A DNA stretch of 64,000 bases. It comes from Carcharhinus longimanus. Lineage: Eukaryota. The translations under genes and the position numbers were made by a program. Below the pieces are notes generated by a model that saw only the letters and a program-made list of their open reading frames with translations, made no database searches and was not told where the DNA came from. Shown piece by piece: positions 12,944 to 24,710 of the stretch. How positions within the stretch are numbered: position 1 is the stretch's first letter; each line of letters starts with the position of its first letter. Location of the stretch: NCBI GenBank assembly GCA_030264375.1, contig JASCQW010000162.1, positions 95,028,443 to 95,092,442 of the forward strand, in the 5' to 3' direction.

Positions 12944-14554
12944 TTTCACTAGTTCTCGTCTATTAACTTACGTGCAATGCTTGATAGTAAATTCCAATTG
13001 GTGCAATGGAGCAGAATATCTGCTGCTACATATACCAGGGACTAAAATGGTAACACTCCGCACCACTGCCTGCTGAATTTATCTTATCCAATATCTCTAC
13101 TGCCTCGTCAGTTACTGCTCCATTGGCAGCATTCTCTTCTCCATTGAAGGCAGATAAATGGTACTCATTTCATGTGTCAGCTGTGCCCTCTGCTACTACA
13201 AAAAGATTTTTTTCAGTCCCTAATTAGTTCCCCCCTTCTTTTGACCATTACTTGCATTTGCATTTAGAAATATATTTAAGGTATTTTCTCTTGTCCAAGA
13301 ATGCCCTGAAGTAATTTTTTCAGCTGTCTGGCTTTATGGTCAGCATTTCATATCCATATCAAACATCAACTCTAATTTCTCCAACAAGGACTTCTGCCTA
13401 AGTGGAAGCACGGTTTTTAAATATTTTTAAAGCAGAGATAAATAGATTGTGATAAGCCAAGGATGAAGGATTGTTGGGTAGGCAGAAAGCGGAGTTGAGG
13501 TTACAATCAGATTAGCCATGATTTTATTGAGTGGTGGACCAAGTTTGAAGGGCCAAATGGCCTGCTCCTGCATATGTTCATACATAGTAAGTCCATCATG
13601 GGAAGGCCCCTGGATGACTTTCATCTCCTGCTGCCAAATGAGGCCCTTAAAGGGAAAATTAATGCCCAATTAAAGGTCTCTTCCAGCCACTGTTAGTGTT
13701 AAAGACATGCAAATCTGTGTCGGTTGCTTGTGGTCTCAATTTGGGGTGCGAGAGGCATGGGGGGGGGGGGGGGGGGGGGCTGCTGCGGAAACCCNNNNNN
13801 NNNNNNNNNNNNNNNNNNNNNNNNNNNNNNNNNNNNNNNNNNNNNNNNNNNNNNNNNNNNNNNNNNNNNNNNNNNNNNNNNNNNNNNNNNNNNNNNNNNN
13901 NNNNNNNNNNNNNNNNNNNNNNNNNNNNNNNNNNNNNNNNNNNNNNNNNNNNNNNNNNNNNNNNNNNNNNNNNNNNNNNNNNNNNNNNNNNNNNNNNNNN
14001 NNNNNNNNNNNNNNNNNNNNNNNNNNNNNNNNNNNNNNNNNNNNNNNNNNNNNNNNNNNNNNNNNNNNNNNNNNNNNNNNNNNNNNNNNNNNNNNNNNNN
14101 NNNNNNCGGGTCTCCGTCCCGGCTCTCCAGCCAAGACCCCAATTGCTTCCATAAAATTCTCGTGAGTATAATGCTGCTCTGTGCGAAAGTCTAAGCTAAA
14201 AAATGGCTGAAGAACAGCTAATGCCAGTCCCCACTATGTGAACACTTTGATGGCATCTAATTGCACATGATCAACAATTTTAACATTTGCTTTATGTGCA
14301 AGATTGGAGCTCAGAGTATGCTCTGAATCAGAAAGTGGCTTGGCTGCCCAAATGTGGTTCTTTATGATATTGTGAAAATTCTGTTCAACAATCTGAGACC
14401 AGTGCAACTTGGCTCATTTGGAGAGGTTGGGATCACTCCTCATGCAAACTTCTGGTGGGACTGAGGGATATAAGCATGTGTATTGCATAATGTTGGGCTA
14501 GTATCAGGAGCCAAATTGACAAGGAAACAGTGTGTCCTACCATCATTTACGCAC

Positions 14555-14930
14555 AACAGCAGGGAAGGTCACTGGCAGTGATCCAATCCTGTGCAGTACA
14601 GCAAGAGGAAAATCAAGATTGGTGACACTTGCATTCCAGTCATGCCGTGTCACCCTAAAAGGCATGTGTGAGAACTGAGCATTACAGTCGATTGGTATGC
14701 ATCTTGTGTAGAATGCTGAACACATTGACTGCAGGACTTTATCCAGCACTGTCTAATCAGCAGCCCTGCAGTCACAAAATTTGTGAAACTGGTTTGGGTG
14801 GAGATGGCCAAGCATGAGAGAAAGGATTTCATGTTCTATGCTTAGGCAGGCTGATGCCTCATGTAAGGAGATGCCTTTTGTGAGAGCACAGAACTCTGGG
14901 TGCTGCAAAGCCTTTTGATCTCACCTTCCT
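14555..14930 (+). mobile_element. Highly decayed Harbinger (HARBI1-like) DDE transposase relic
   Basis: Ordered motif remnants KVT (14565), IGDTC, VD.MH-like, KGFH (14821-14832) and VRAQNSGCC, recalling KVT..L, AIDCTH, RKGFHS and ARYPGSCHD. Confidence 0.5.
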
Positions 14931-17066
14931 GAATGTCTATAGATGTTCTCCAAGCAAGTTAAAACTTGAAATGTTTGCTCCAAAACGTCCACAGTGTTAA
15001 GAGCAGCATTCAAAGGAAATGTTCTTCTCATGTAACTGTGATCAGCATTGCAGGTGCCATTGATTTCAATGCAGTGGCAGATTTCAATGCAGACAACCGT
15101 TGTTGCACGTCCTTGAAATTTTTACTGAAACATCTGGGATAATTACAAATAAAGATATCCACCAGTGGATCCTTCAAATAGAGGAACATTTAAAGGCAGT
15201 ACTCATGCAGAACCAGTAGAGAAGTCCACAGCACACAAGGGGCAATCTCAGCAGCAAAGCACGTAACACAATTGCCTGCCACTGCAGAATCCAATAAAAT
15301 TAATTAAATAGCAATAATACTTCCATTTTATATAAGTATGTTTAAATGTCTCAGAGCTCATCACATATTGGGTTACTGTTGTCGTGCAGGGAAACTTCTA
15401 ACTCCCATTAAAATTTGAATGCACCTTGCAGTTTTCTTGTGTCCAAAATAAAGAATTAAAAGGAACAATTCTGCTGATCTCCTTGGAGTGCCATCTTTTA
15501 TCTTGTACCATTTTAACCATAATATTTTGTATTGGAGCTGTCTTGAATGCAAGCTACCTTAAGCAGTGAATAGCAATAATGATCAACATATTTTCCAAAA
15601 CTTGGTTAAAATAATCTAACAAAAAGCTTCAGTGAAAATGCAGCATAAATACTGCAAAACAAATCTTCCATGACTGTTCAAGAGTTGCTCTGTATATGGT
15701 GCTTTCCTTGCTCCCATTCCAAATGAGTACACAACAGAAAAAGAGCAAACATGGCACAAATACCTTTGAATTGTGCTGGATATTTACGTAAGTGTTTTTG
15801 ATTACATCTGCAAACTTGATGAGGCTTGTGTAGAAATTGAGCGCAGGCACTGAAACTGGAAGAGCATGGAACTGCAGGCCAGCAATAGCCAAAGAATGAT
15901 GCCTGGAATAGCAACCGAGTATGGCAATCATTACACCATGACAAAAAAAATTAAAGATATCACTTCCAGTCTAATTATATACCCTTCTTACATCATACTG
16001 ATGCTGATGTACTACATCCACTGTCTGCTAAGTATCACACCCTGTTCTCCCCTTTCCTGCTGCTATTGATGCGCTACAGGATTTTAAATTTTCCAACAGG
16101 AAAACAGGCACAATTGTGTCCATTTCCTCCCCTGTGCTCCCTATGCAGACAAACTGGTGATCAATTTATGGTAAAGGTTAATTGACTAAATACCCCAGGT
16201 TTTTCAGCAAGGTGCAAGTCATTTCATGCAGGTGTGAGTAAACAACAGCACAGGTGTGGAATGTATCCGTAACTAAAGGGGTGCAAAATCCTTCTACAAT
16301 GCAGCAATGCTACACAGATATGGCATCTAAACACACAGGAGAATATAGTTTCAAATACACAGAGGCTACCAGATCACCTACGCGTGAGTGACTGACGTTA
16401 ATAAAAAATGCTTTAGTTCCAGGTCCCTGGATCCCAGAGCTGTCAATCTGTTTGTAAAGAGATCTATTGTGTATATATATTTCCCAATTCCTTTTATTCC
16501 GCTGCTTTTCTAGGCAAGTGAGTGTTAGTAATCCATATTGCTGTAAAGTGAAGGACATGGATCATGGCCTTGTTTTTGGCTCCGGATAGATTACTGGGTT
16601 TTTTTTTCCCAGAAATGATGTACCTCTCCAAAGTTTGAGTGCTGAAAAATGTTTAGTGCCCACATCTTCCTAGCTTCACAGTAATAGTTTGACTGTTGAT
16701 TACAAGAGAACCGCTCATGNNNNNNNNNNNNNNNNNNNNNNNNNNNNNNNNNNNNNNNNNNNNNNNNNNNNNNNNNNNNNNNNNNNNNNNNNNNNNNNNN
16801 NNNNNNNNNNNNNNNNNNNNNNNNNNNNNNNNNNNNNNNNNNNNNNNNNNNNNNNNNNNNNNNNNNNNNNNNNNNNNNNNNNNNNNNNNNNNNNNNNNNN
16901 NNNNNNNNNNNNNNNNNNNNNNNNNNNNNNNNNNNNNNNNNNNNNNNNNNNNNNNNNNNNNNNNATGATGTTGAGTTGGTGGCTTGTGGGGTGGGTGGTC
17001 AAAATTATTGAGTCCAAAATGATTTGATTTAATGATTACACTAAGTGGAAGAAATATACATCTTGT

Positions 17067-17369
17067 TAAAGTTTATTTATTAGTCACAGCTAGGCTTACA
17101 TTCACACTGCAGTGAAGATACTGTGAAAATCCTCTAGTTGCCACACTTTGGCGCCTGTTTGGGTACACTGAGGGAGAATTTAGCATTGGCCAATTCACCT
17201 AACCTGCACATCTTTAGACTATGGGAGGAAACCAGAGCACATGGAGAAAACCCATGCAGACACAGAGAGAACGTGCAAACTCCACAGACAGTGATCCAAG
17301 CCGGGAATCAAACTTGGGTCCTTGGTGCTGTGAGGCAGCAGTGCCAACCACTGTGCCACTATGCTGCCC
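17067..17369 (-). mobile_element. tRNA-derived SINE
   Basis: TAAAGTTTATTTATTAGTCAC tail and ACCACTGTGCCACTATGCTGCCC head in reverse orientation. Confidence 0.88.
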
Positions 17370-20129
17370 CAATTGTGAAAGTTATGGTACTAATTCACTG
17401 TTACAATTAGTATGATTCATATACATATGTAGCAGCCTTAACAACTTTCCAAGCTTCATTGCAATATAACCTGAAAGTGGTATTGGTTGGGAATGGACTT
17501 TGTCCGCTTAACAAAAAAGATTTGGAATACTGTCAACAATATCAAAGAAAGGTTGTTATGAAGCTACAAAATTGACAGGCAGCAAAAGATCAGCTAGTCT
17601 ATTAAGCCTGCTCCAAATTGAGCTTGGCTGGAACAGCAGGGGTAATCATTTATTTTCTCCCTCTTTCCACACACCACCAGAGCCAATCCCGGAGCTCCGG
17701 GAGAGTAAAAAAAAAGACCCCAGGACCAATAAGGAAAAACATACTTGGGAAATTTCTTTCCAAGCTCCTTTAATGAGCAAAACCAGCCCAGGGGATTTTT
17801 TTCTCAATGCTGAATATTGTTCTTTTAAGCTGCTAACTCTTTCTGATTTTGAATTTTCTGTTTTAAAATTAGTATTGGTGTCGGCTAGACAAGTAATAAG
17901 GTTGTGATGTAAATAGGGTAGAATTGACTTTGTACGATATTGTAAAAAGATTATCATGAATCTTGGCCATTTTCCATCTCTCCCAGCTTATATTTCCATT
18001 TCGGGAGAAATGCAGAATAAGTTCTATCTGGACTACAGACCATTTTATACTATTGCACAGCCAAAATGTACTCTCAAATCCTCCCTATCTCTCAAATGCC
18101 AAAGGCTGAGTAATTCTCCAATATTAGATCAGTGCTGCCTCCAAACTTCAATCTACCTCAAGAGGTACAATCTCTCATCCACCCCCCACCCCCTTCTGCT
18201 AATCTAAAATGCATGTTGCTTTTACCAGAATATTGTCTTTACCAGAGACAGTATTAAAACCATGCACAACTAACCGATGATTGCAGAACGAATGTGTTAT
18301 TGATTGTTCCAATTAATAGAGGAACAGGTACATGTCAAGCCTTGATATACCTACCTCTCGTGACCTGGAATGGCTGAGCAATCTTATGTTCAATGATTGC
18401 TATCTCAGGGCAGAGAGAAGTTTTTTCACTTGCTGAGAAAATATGGTTTCGATTCAAGTAAACCATGCTATTTACATCAAATAATCTCCTCATTAATGTC
18501 CCCTGAAGTTAGGCACATCTATCCTTTTCTCTACAAAGACCAACTAGACGGATGACAGAGAGAGCATTTTCCAGTAGATGTTCAGTGTAATCCAGAATCT
18601 TTAATGGAGGCTTACTACTTAGCTATTTATATGAGGCACAAAACTGCATAATGCCTTCCAATTAGAGTACTGAGCTTGAAAATTAAATCATGTAGAGAAG
18701 AATGAAAATGATTGATTTTGATGGCAAGCTACCAATTCTTGGTTTTCATTTTTAAGTTAGAAGCCATTACTTTCTGTAAAATAGCACTGATTACGTTTAG
18801 GTGTAAATACATGCAAAATATAGCATTAAGAATTAAAATTAAATCAAAGTACACTTCTAAGCTACAACATTAGGCCAGCAGCACTTTGAGCTATTTGAAA
18901 TAGCTGAATTTAATGGTTTGAATCAGTCAAGTATTTTGATGTGCAGAAATACATAAAGATGATCATAAGATTAATTTGAATGAGGAGAACCATGTGGCTA
19001 ATCAGAGCTGGTCTGTCCAGAATGATCCTACTACACCCTCTCCACTTCAACTTCCAGTCATTTTGGCAAATGATTCCAGGGCTTTTGATAATTTAGCTCC
19101 ACCCTCTCACTTGCACACAATGCAAACTTTTTCATCATGTTTACATCTGGCTCGAATTTACTATTAATTAGACATTATAATCATACTGAAGCATAAATAA
19201 AACAAAGAAAATCGGGCAGGGAGTAAAAAATTGCAGGTGTGAGTGGGTGAATCAAGCATTATAATGCTTACCTTCGTGGAACAGCTTATCCTCTGATTGT
19301 CCACATCAATGCCAAGCAAGAAACATGAGTTTTCAATGCAAATACAAAATTTCTCAAAATTCCAGTTTCAAGGATATTTGTTGTATTTTTCATTTATGCT
19401 TTAACATAAGGAAATAATTATTTATGCTCTGTAATTTGTAATATTTAGTCTTCATTCAGTTGGCTTTTCACATTTCTGACTGACTTTGGACAGGATTTTT
19501 TTTGTATAATTTCCACCATGCCACATAGCACTTCAACGTGTATTCATATTATGGTATTATAGTATTATAATAAAGTGAGTAGATGTGGAAAATAATGCAA
19601 CAAAACATAATACCATTAAATGCACTTTGCATTTTGTTGTAACATTAAAACTGTGGCATGTGTCTTTAAGTAAAATGGAAAAACTGTATAGATTAGTTAA
19701 CCAGTGTACATATTGATTTTTTTTTAATCAGTTGCATAGCTTAAATCAATTAATGGTGGTGGAAGGGGGGAATGGAGAAATAGACTTTAAAAATAAAATT
19801 AATAAATGTTAGTACATTACTGTATGACCAATCAATACAAGGGCTTTGTGAAACTGAATGACGTATTGGGATACCAATATTCAAGTCAGATGCTGTTTGC
19901 TAAATTATAAATGCCTGTAATTAAAATCCAGAGGCTGTTTCTATGAATGATTTAGTAAGTTATTTCATGTTTTGTCATGGCTGATTAACAACATTAAATT
20001 AACTTTTTCTTACTCAAGTCTTTGACTTTGCCATTTACTTAAAGGGCCATTGTCAACAGGAATTCTGGCTTGCATATGAGTCATTCATGTTGATAAAAAA
20101 TAGTCACTAGTTTTAATTATTTTCAATTC

Positions 20130-20815
20130 GATCACGGATTGTGGGCATTGCTGGCTAGGCTAACATTTATTGTCCATCCCTAATTGCCTTCGAGAAGATG
20201 ATGATGAGCCACCGTCTTGAACTGCTGCAGCCCATAAGTTGTAGGTATACCAACAGTGCTATTGGGGAGGGAGCACCAGGATTTTGACCCATGACAGTGA
20301 TGGAATGGCGATAAAGTTCCAATTCAGGATGGTCTGTGGCTTGGAGAGGAACTTGCACATGGTGCAACAATATCTGCTTCCCTTGTTCTAGGTGGTAGAA
20401 GTCACAGGTTAGAAAAATGTTTGGTGACTTGCTGCAGTGCGTCTTCTTGGTGGTGCGCATTGCTGCCACATGCATTGGTGGTGAAGGCAGTGAGTGTTTA
20501 AGTTGGTAGATAGGCTGCCAATTAAACAGGCTTTCTTGTCCTGAATGGTGTCAAGCTTCTTGAATGCTATTCAAGCTGTACTCATCCAGACAAGTGAAGA
20601 ATATTCCATCACAAAACCTATGCCTTATAGGTGGACAGGCTTTGGAATGCCACTGAATTCCTAGCCTTTGTCATGCTCTTGTAGTTACAACATCTGCATA
20701 GCTGGTGCCATTTAGTTTCCGATCAATGATAACCCCCAAATGTTAATAGTGGTGTACTCAGCAATGGTAATGCCTGTGAGTGTCTTAGGGAGATGGTTAG
20801 ACTCTCTTGTTAGGA
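20130..20815 (-). mobile_element. LINE (CR1-group) 3' fragment
   Basis: Same family as 50910-51870, 56470-58160 and 60235-61145, sharing the GGCATTGCTGGC...CATTTATT tail. Confidence 0.75.
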
Positions 20816-20980
20816 AGAGTTTAGTGAATGTCATTTATATGCATCATAAATAGGTTAAAAATAATAGTATACATTTTGATTTATTTAACAATATTCAGGA
20901 GTGTTATTACGGTAAATGTTGTGATACTCTTCAGTGGTCATTGTCACTTTCAGCTCAGACAACCTCCTGCAATGGAATCC

Positions 20981-21210
20981 GGGCAAAATACTGCGGATGC
21001 TGGAATCTGAAACAAAAACAGAAAATGCAGAGAAACTCAGCAGGTCTGACAGCATCTTTGGAGAGAGAATAGAGCTTATGTTCTGAGTCAGGAAGACCTC
21101 TTGTCAGAGCTGTGATGAAGGGTTATCCTGACTCGAAGCATTGGCCCTATTCTATCTCTACAGATGCTGTCAGACCTGCTGAGATTGTCCAGCATTTTCT
21201 GTTTTTGCTT
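20981..21210. mobile_element. Palindromic Penelope-like element terminus with degenerate hammerhead motifs
   Basis: About 100-bp inverted arms (AAAAACAGAAAATGC...CAGCAGGTCTGACAGCATCT / AGATGCTGTCAGACCTGCTG...GCATTTTCTGTTTTT) centred near 21108; GTGATGA at 21112-21118 and GAAG at 21135. Confidence 0.7.
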
Positions 21211-21439
21211 CTCCAATAGGATATATTTTATCCACAGCAATGATCATTATATCTTTGTGAACACACTTGGAATCAGATGGGAAAGATTAGGTCAACTTTA
21301 TATAGAAGGGCAGCCATGTTTCCAAGACAAAGTTATTTTATTTCCTATAAAATACAATGGTTCTTAAAATTGAATTATCCAGACTGTAATGTGATGTGAA
21401 TCTCCTCTCTAATCCAGAATCTTTGCTGTTTTATTTCAG

Positions 21440-21596
21440 CAACAACAGCCACTAGCAGCACACCACTTAGCCCTTCAGCAGCAGCTTCTCCAGGTGCAGC
21501 AGCTTCAACAACAGCACATCATGACTATGCAGCGTTGTGGCTTGCTCACAGTCCAGTCCGGACAGCCGGCTCTCTCACTGCAAACACTGGCACAAG
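21440..21596 (+). CDS. FOXP1: FOXP1 internal coding exon B (157 nt, phase 0-1): [52 protein letters not shown](G)
   Basis: Acceptor TTTTATTTCAG, donor GTAAGC, in frame with exons A and C. Aligns by eye with human FOXP1 [46 protein letters not shown]. Confidence 0.95.
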
Positions 21597-23575
21597 GTAA
21601 GCGTGAGGCCCGGAAATGGGTCTGTTTAAAAACAGGCCTCTAGGTCGGACTGCTCAAATGGGAGCTGCAAAGCCACAGCAGTTAAGTTGTTCAGGAGAGG
21701 GCAATTGAGCAGTGACAGGACACACCAGCGTATAATATGAAAGCTATGAATGAGACGATGCATGAAGTGTAATCTGTGCAGCAACACATCAGGGACACCC
21801 TTAGGTAATTCAACAGCCATGTCATTGATTGATTTGAATAGTTGTATGTTACAGCAAGTCTGTTCCTTTGGTGTTTAAGGAGCATGTTTAAAGCCTAAGG
21901 GTGTCTATCTGCAAGCTATTGACCAAAGAACCTACTGAGTGGCTTCAGAGTTACAGTTCTACTGGTGCAGTAAACTAATAGCAGTGACACTTCTCCCTGT
22001 GGAACTGAGATTCTTTGGAAAGCAACTGAGAGTTTGTGCAGGCAGAAATACAAAGTAATTTTTTATCACTGCGATAATAGCCCAAAACTGATGTCATTAT
22101 GAACCTTAAATCAACTTTATGCTTGCTTGAACATGGTCACCTGAGTATAGAGGTACAAGGACGAAAAAGGTTGAGCAACTATGTTTGTCTTTCATCCAGT
22201 ACTACCTGGGATTGGGAAATTGAGTTCTATGAGCAGTAATCAATCATGTTTTCCAACAACATACATTTTTCAAAGTAGTGTCCATTTCTTTTATAATGAG
22301 GAACAGCAGTGTATGTGTTTAAAACTAAATGAAATAAATATAGAATAAAATCCATCATGGTGCATCCTTTTCAAGGTAATCCCATTAAAGATAGCACATG
22401 TCACAATCTACTTTCTCGTAGTAGAATGTCATGTAATCAGCTAGCCTAACTATTTAGCTCTGTTTTAACCATGCAAATAGTGGTTTTGCGGTTAGCTATG
22501 GCAGTAATTGTTACCACACAAGCAGTATTATTCAGCATATTTGCTTAAAAAATTAATATTTCTAGTATCATGTTTGAAATAGAAAGGACAGTGCGAAGGA
22601 CTAGGGCAATCTGTGTTGTGACCTTCCTGGTTGATGTGCTAGTTGTTATTGCTAGGCTAATGCTTGGAAGGTTGTTCTACTGTCCTGCGATAATTCACTA
22701 TTCTTTGATATGCAAACTATCTGCCCAGAACATGTAAAAATCCTATCAGTCTCATTTCACACTTCTTAACCACTTAGACTCTCTGGAGTCTATTGCCTTA
22801 TTAGACCTACACTCTCCAATGCTACCGTAATTAAAATCTTTAGCAGTAGTTTAGTAAAGTAAAGATATTTTGGCTGATCACTTTGAGATTATTATCCAAT
22901 CCTTGCACCCAAAATGAAAGTAATAAATTAGATTTTGACCTGGTATTCTTCCTGATCTGAAGTGCTTGAATATTTAATTGTGATTTGTAATTAAAATATA
23001 GTTAGAACCACAGGTTTTTTTTTGCTTTCTGCTTTCAAATTTGCACATTGGTTTTTGAATGAAGTCAAATTTTAATGATAAAGACAGGTGATTAAAAAAT
23101 AATTACTGACATAATATTCTAATTTTGTAGTAAAATTATAAAAGGCCTTTGAATATGGTGCAAATGAATTGGTTACATTTACAGCACATTATTTTCAATT
23201 ATGCGTTTTATATTTAAAGAGGAATGCATTTTCCATTAATATATTGCAAAATATCTGCGATAATAACTAAGTGCTTTGATTTTAAAAGGAGAGTGATGTG
23301 CAGAGCAGTCTGGTTATGTTGCAATTTGAACAGATCAATTATTGCATACACTTGAAGAATTTACTTTTAATTATCAACACTAGCTGAACATACAGCGGGT
23401 TACACTGTGTCTTGTTAGAAGTATTGCAACACATAGGAATATAGTTAGGAATTGTCTAATTAACATCAGACCTTGTTTACATACACTTTGGTATTTTAAT
23501 TAGTGTGTGAAGAAGGATAAGTCTGCTGTTCATGGATCTAATTATACAATATGGAACTATTGCTGTTTGACACAG

Positions 23576-23771
23576 GCATGACTCCAACAGAACTGCAGCA
23601 GCTGTGGAAAGAAGTGACTGGAGCTCACACGATGGAAGAAAGTGTAACCAAAAATGGCAGCCTAGACCTTTCTACTAGTTCAATTTGCTCTCCCGCTCCA
23701 CCACCTAAGACCTCACTACCAGTAACCCTGATGAACGGGCAGTCTACGGGTCACACTCCAAAAAGGGAATG
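23576..23771 (+). CDS. FOXP1: FOXP1 internal coding exon C (196 nt, phase 1-2): [65 protein letters not shown](C)
   Basis: Acceptor CACAG ending at 23575, donor GTAGGC at 23772. Contains the FOXP1 motifs [16 protein letters not shown] and HTPKRE. Lies within supplied ORF 23551..23775. Confidence 0.95.
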
Positions 23772-24404
23772 GTAGGCGTTAATAAGACATTATCCGCCAC
23801 TGATCCAACTAATTTGTTTTATCTTATAAGTCCTTTTATAGCCCTCACTTGTCAGGCTGGTGGTATCTCCATTCATTCATCATAATCTATTATGTGTAAT
23901 GATGCCTGATTATCCTGCTAGTATTTCTTTTTTATATGAAAAAAATGAGACCTCAGAAGAATTGTGTGGGTAAGTAGCCATGCAGNNNNNNNNNNNNNNN
24001 NNNNNNNNNNNNNNNNNNNNNNNNNNNNNNNNNNNNNNNNNNNNNNNNNNNNNNNNNNNNNNNNNNNNNNNNNNNNNNNNNNNNNCAGTGTTAATGGGAT
24101 TCAGCACAATGTTCTAGGACAAAGAATGCATAGTTTTGTTGCTGTCTGTTTCCTAAAGAGAATGGCATATCAATATAATGACCACTACCATCACCTACCA
24201 CAATATGACTTCCACTAATGTCATGTTTTGAAGAGTATATCTGAATTATGTAGTGATGCTTGGTAACTTATTTTTCATTACAAATATTCAGAATCCCGTT
24301 AAATCACATAGCAACATATGTTCCCTTACCTCTTGCCTCCAGCTCAGTAGGTTTGTGTACTTAAAATTGAGAGAGCCTGTATTACACGGAAAACAAATGA
24401 ATGT

Positions 24405-24710
24405 AACTGCATTTGTGTAGCATTATATCACTCGTTCATAATATCCCCAAGCACATTACAGCCAATGTATCACCTTTGAAGTGCAGTGACTGTTGTCTTG
24501 CAGGCAAACATTTGTGCACTGTAATATCCGACAAACAGCAAACGATTGAATAACTAGGTGATCGATTTTTAGTGATGGTACTTCAGAGAAGAATGTTGGC
24601 CATGATTGCAGAGAGAACATTCTGCTGTTCTTCAAATTGTTCTAGCAGATCTTTCATGGCCACCTATGGGGATAGATTAGATATTAGTTTATCATGTGAA
24701 AGACATTATT
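24405..24710 (-). mobile_element. Deu-domain SINE (SacSINE1/AmnSINE1-like), decayed
   Basis: Reverse complement resembles the Deu domain plus 3' tail; homologous to 36770-37050. Confidence 0.6.

Noticed and set aside
13696-14194. ORFs of 140-156 aa and a run of about 21 G
   Set aside because: The ORFs are mostly N-derived X residues. The poly-G sits beside a gap in MITE-like sequence, and its length is unreliable.
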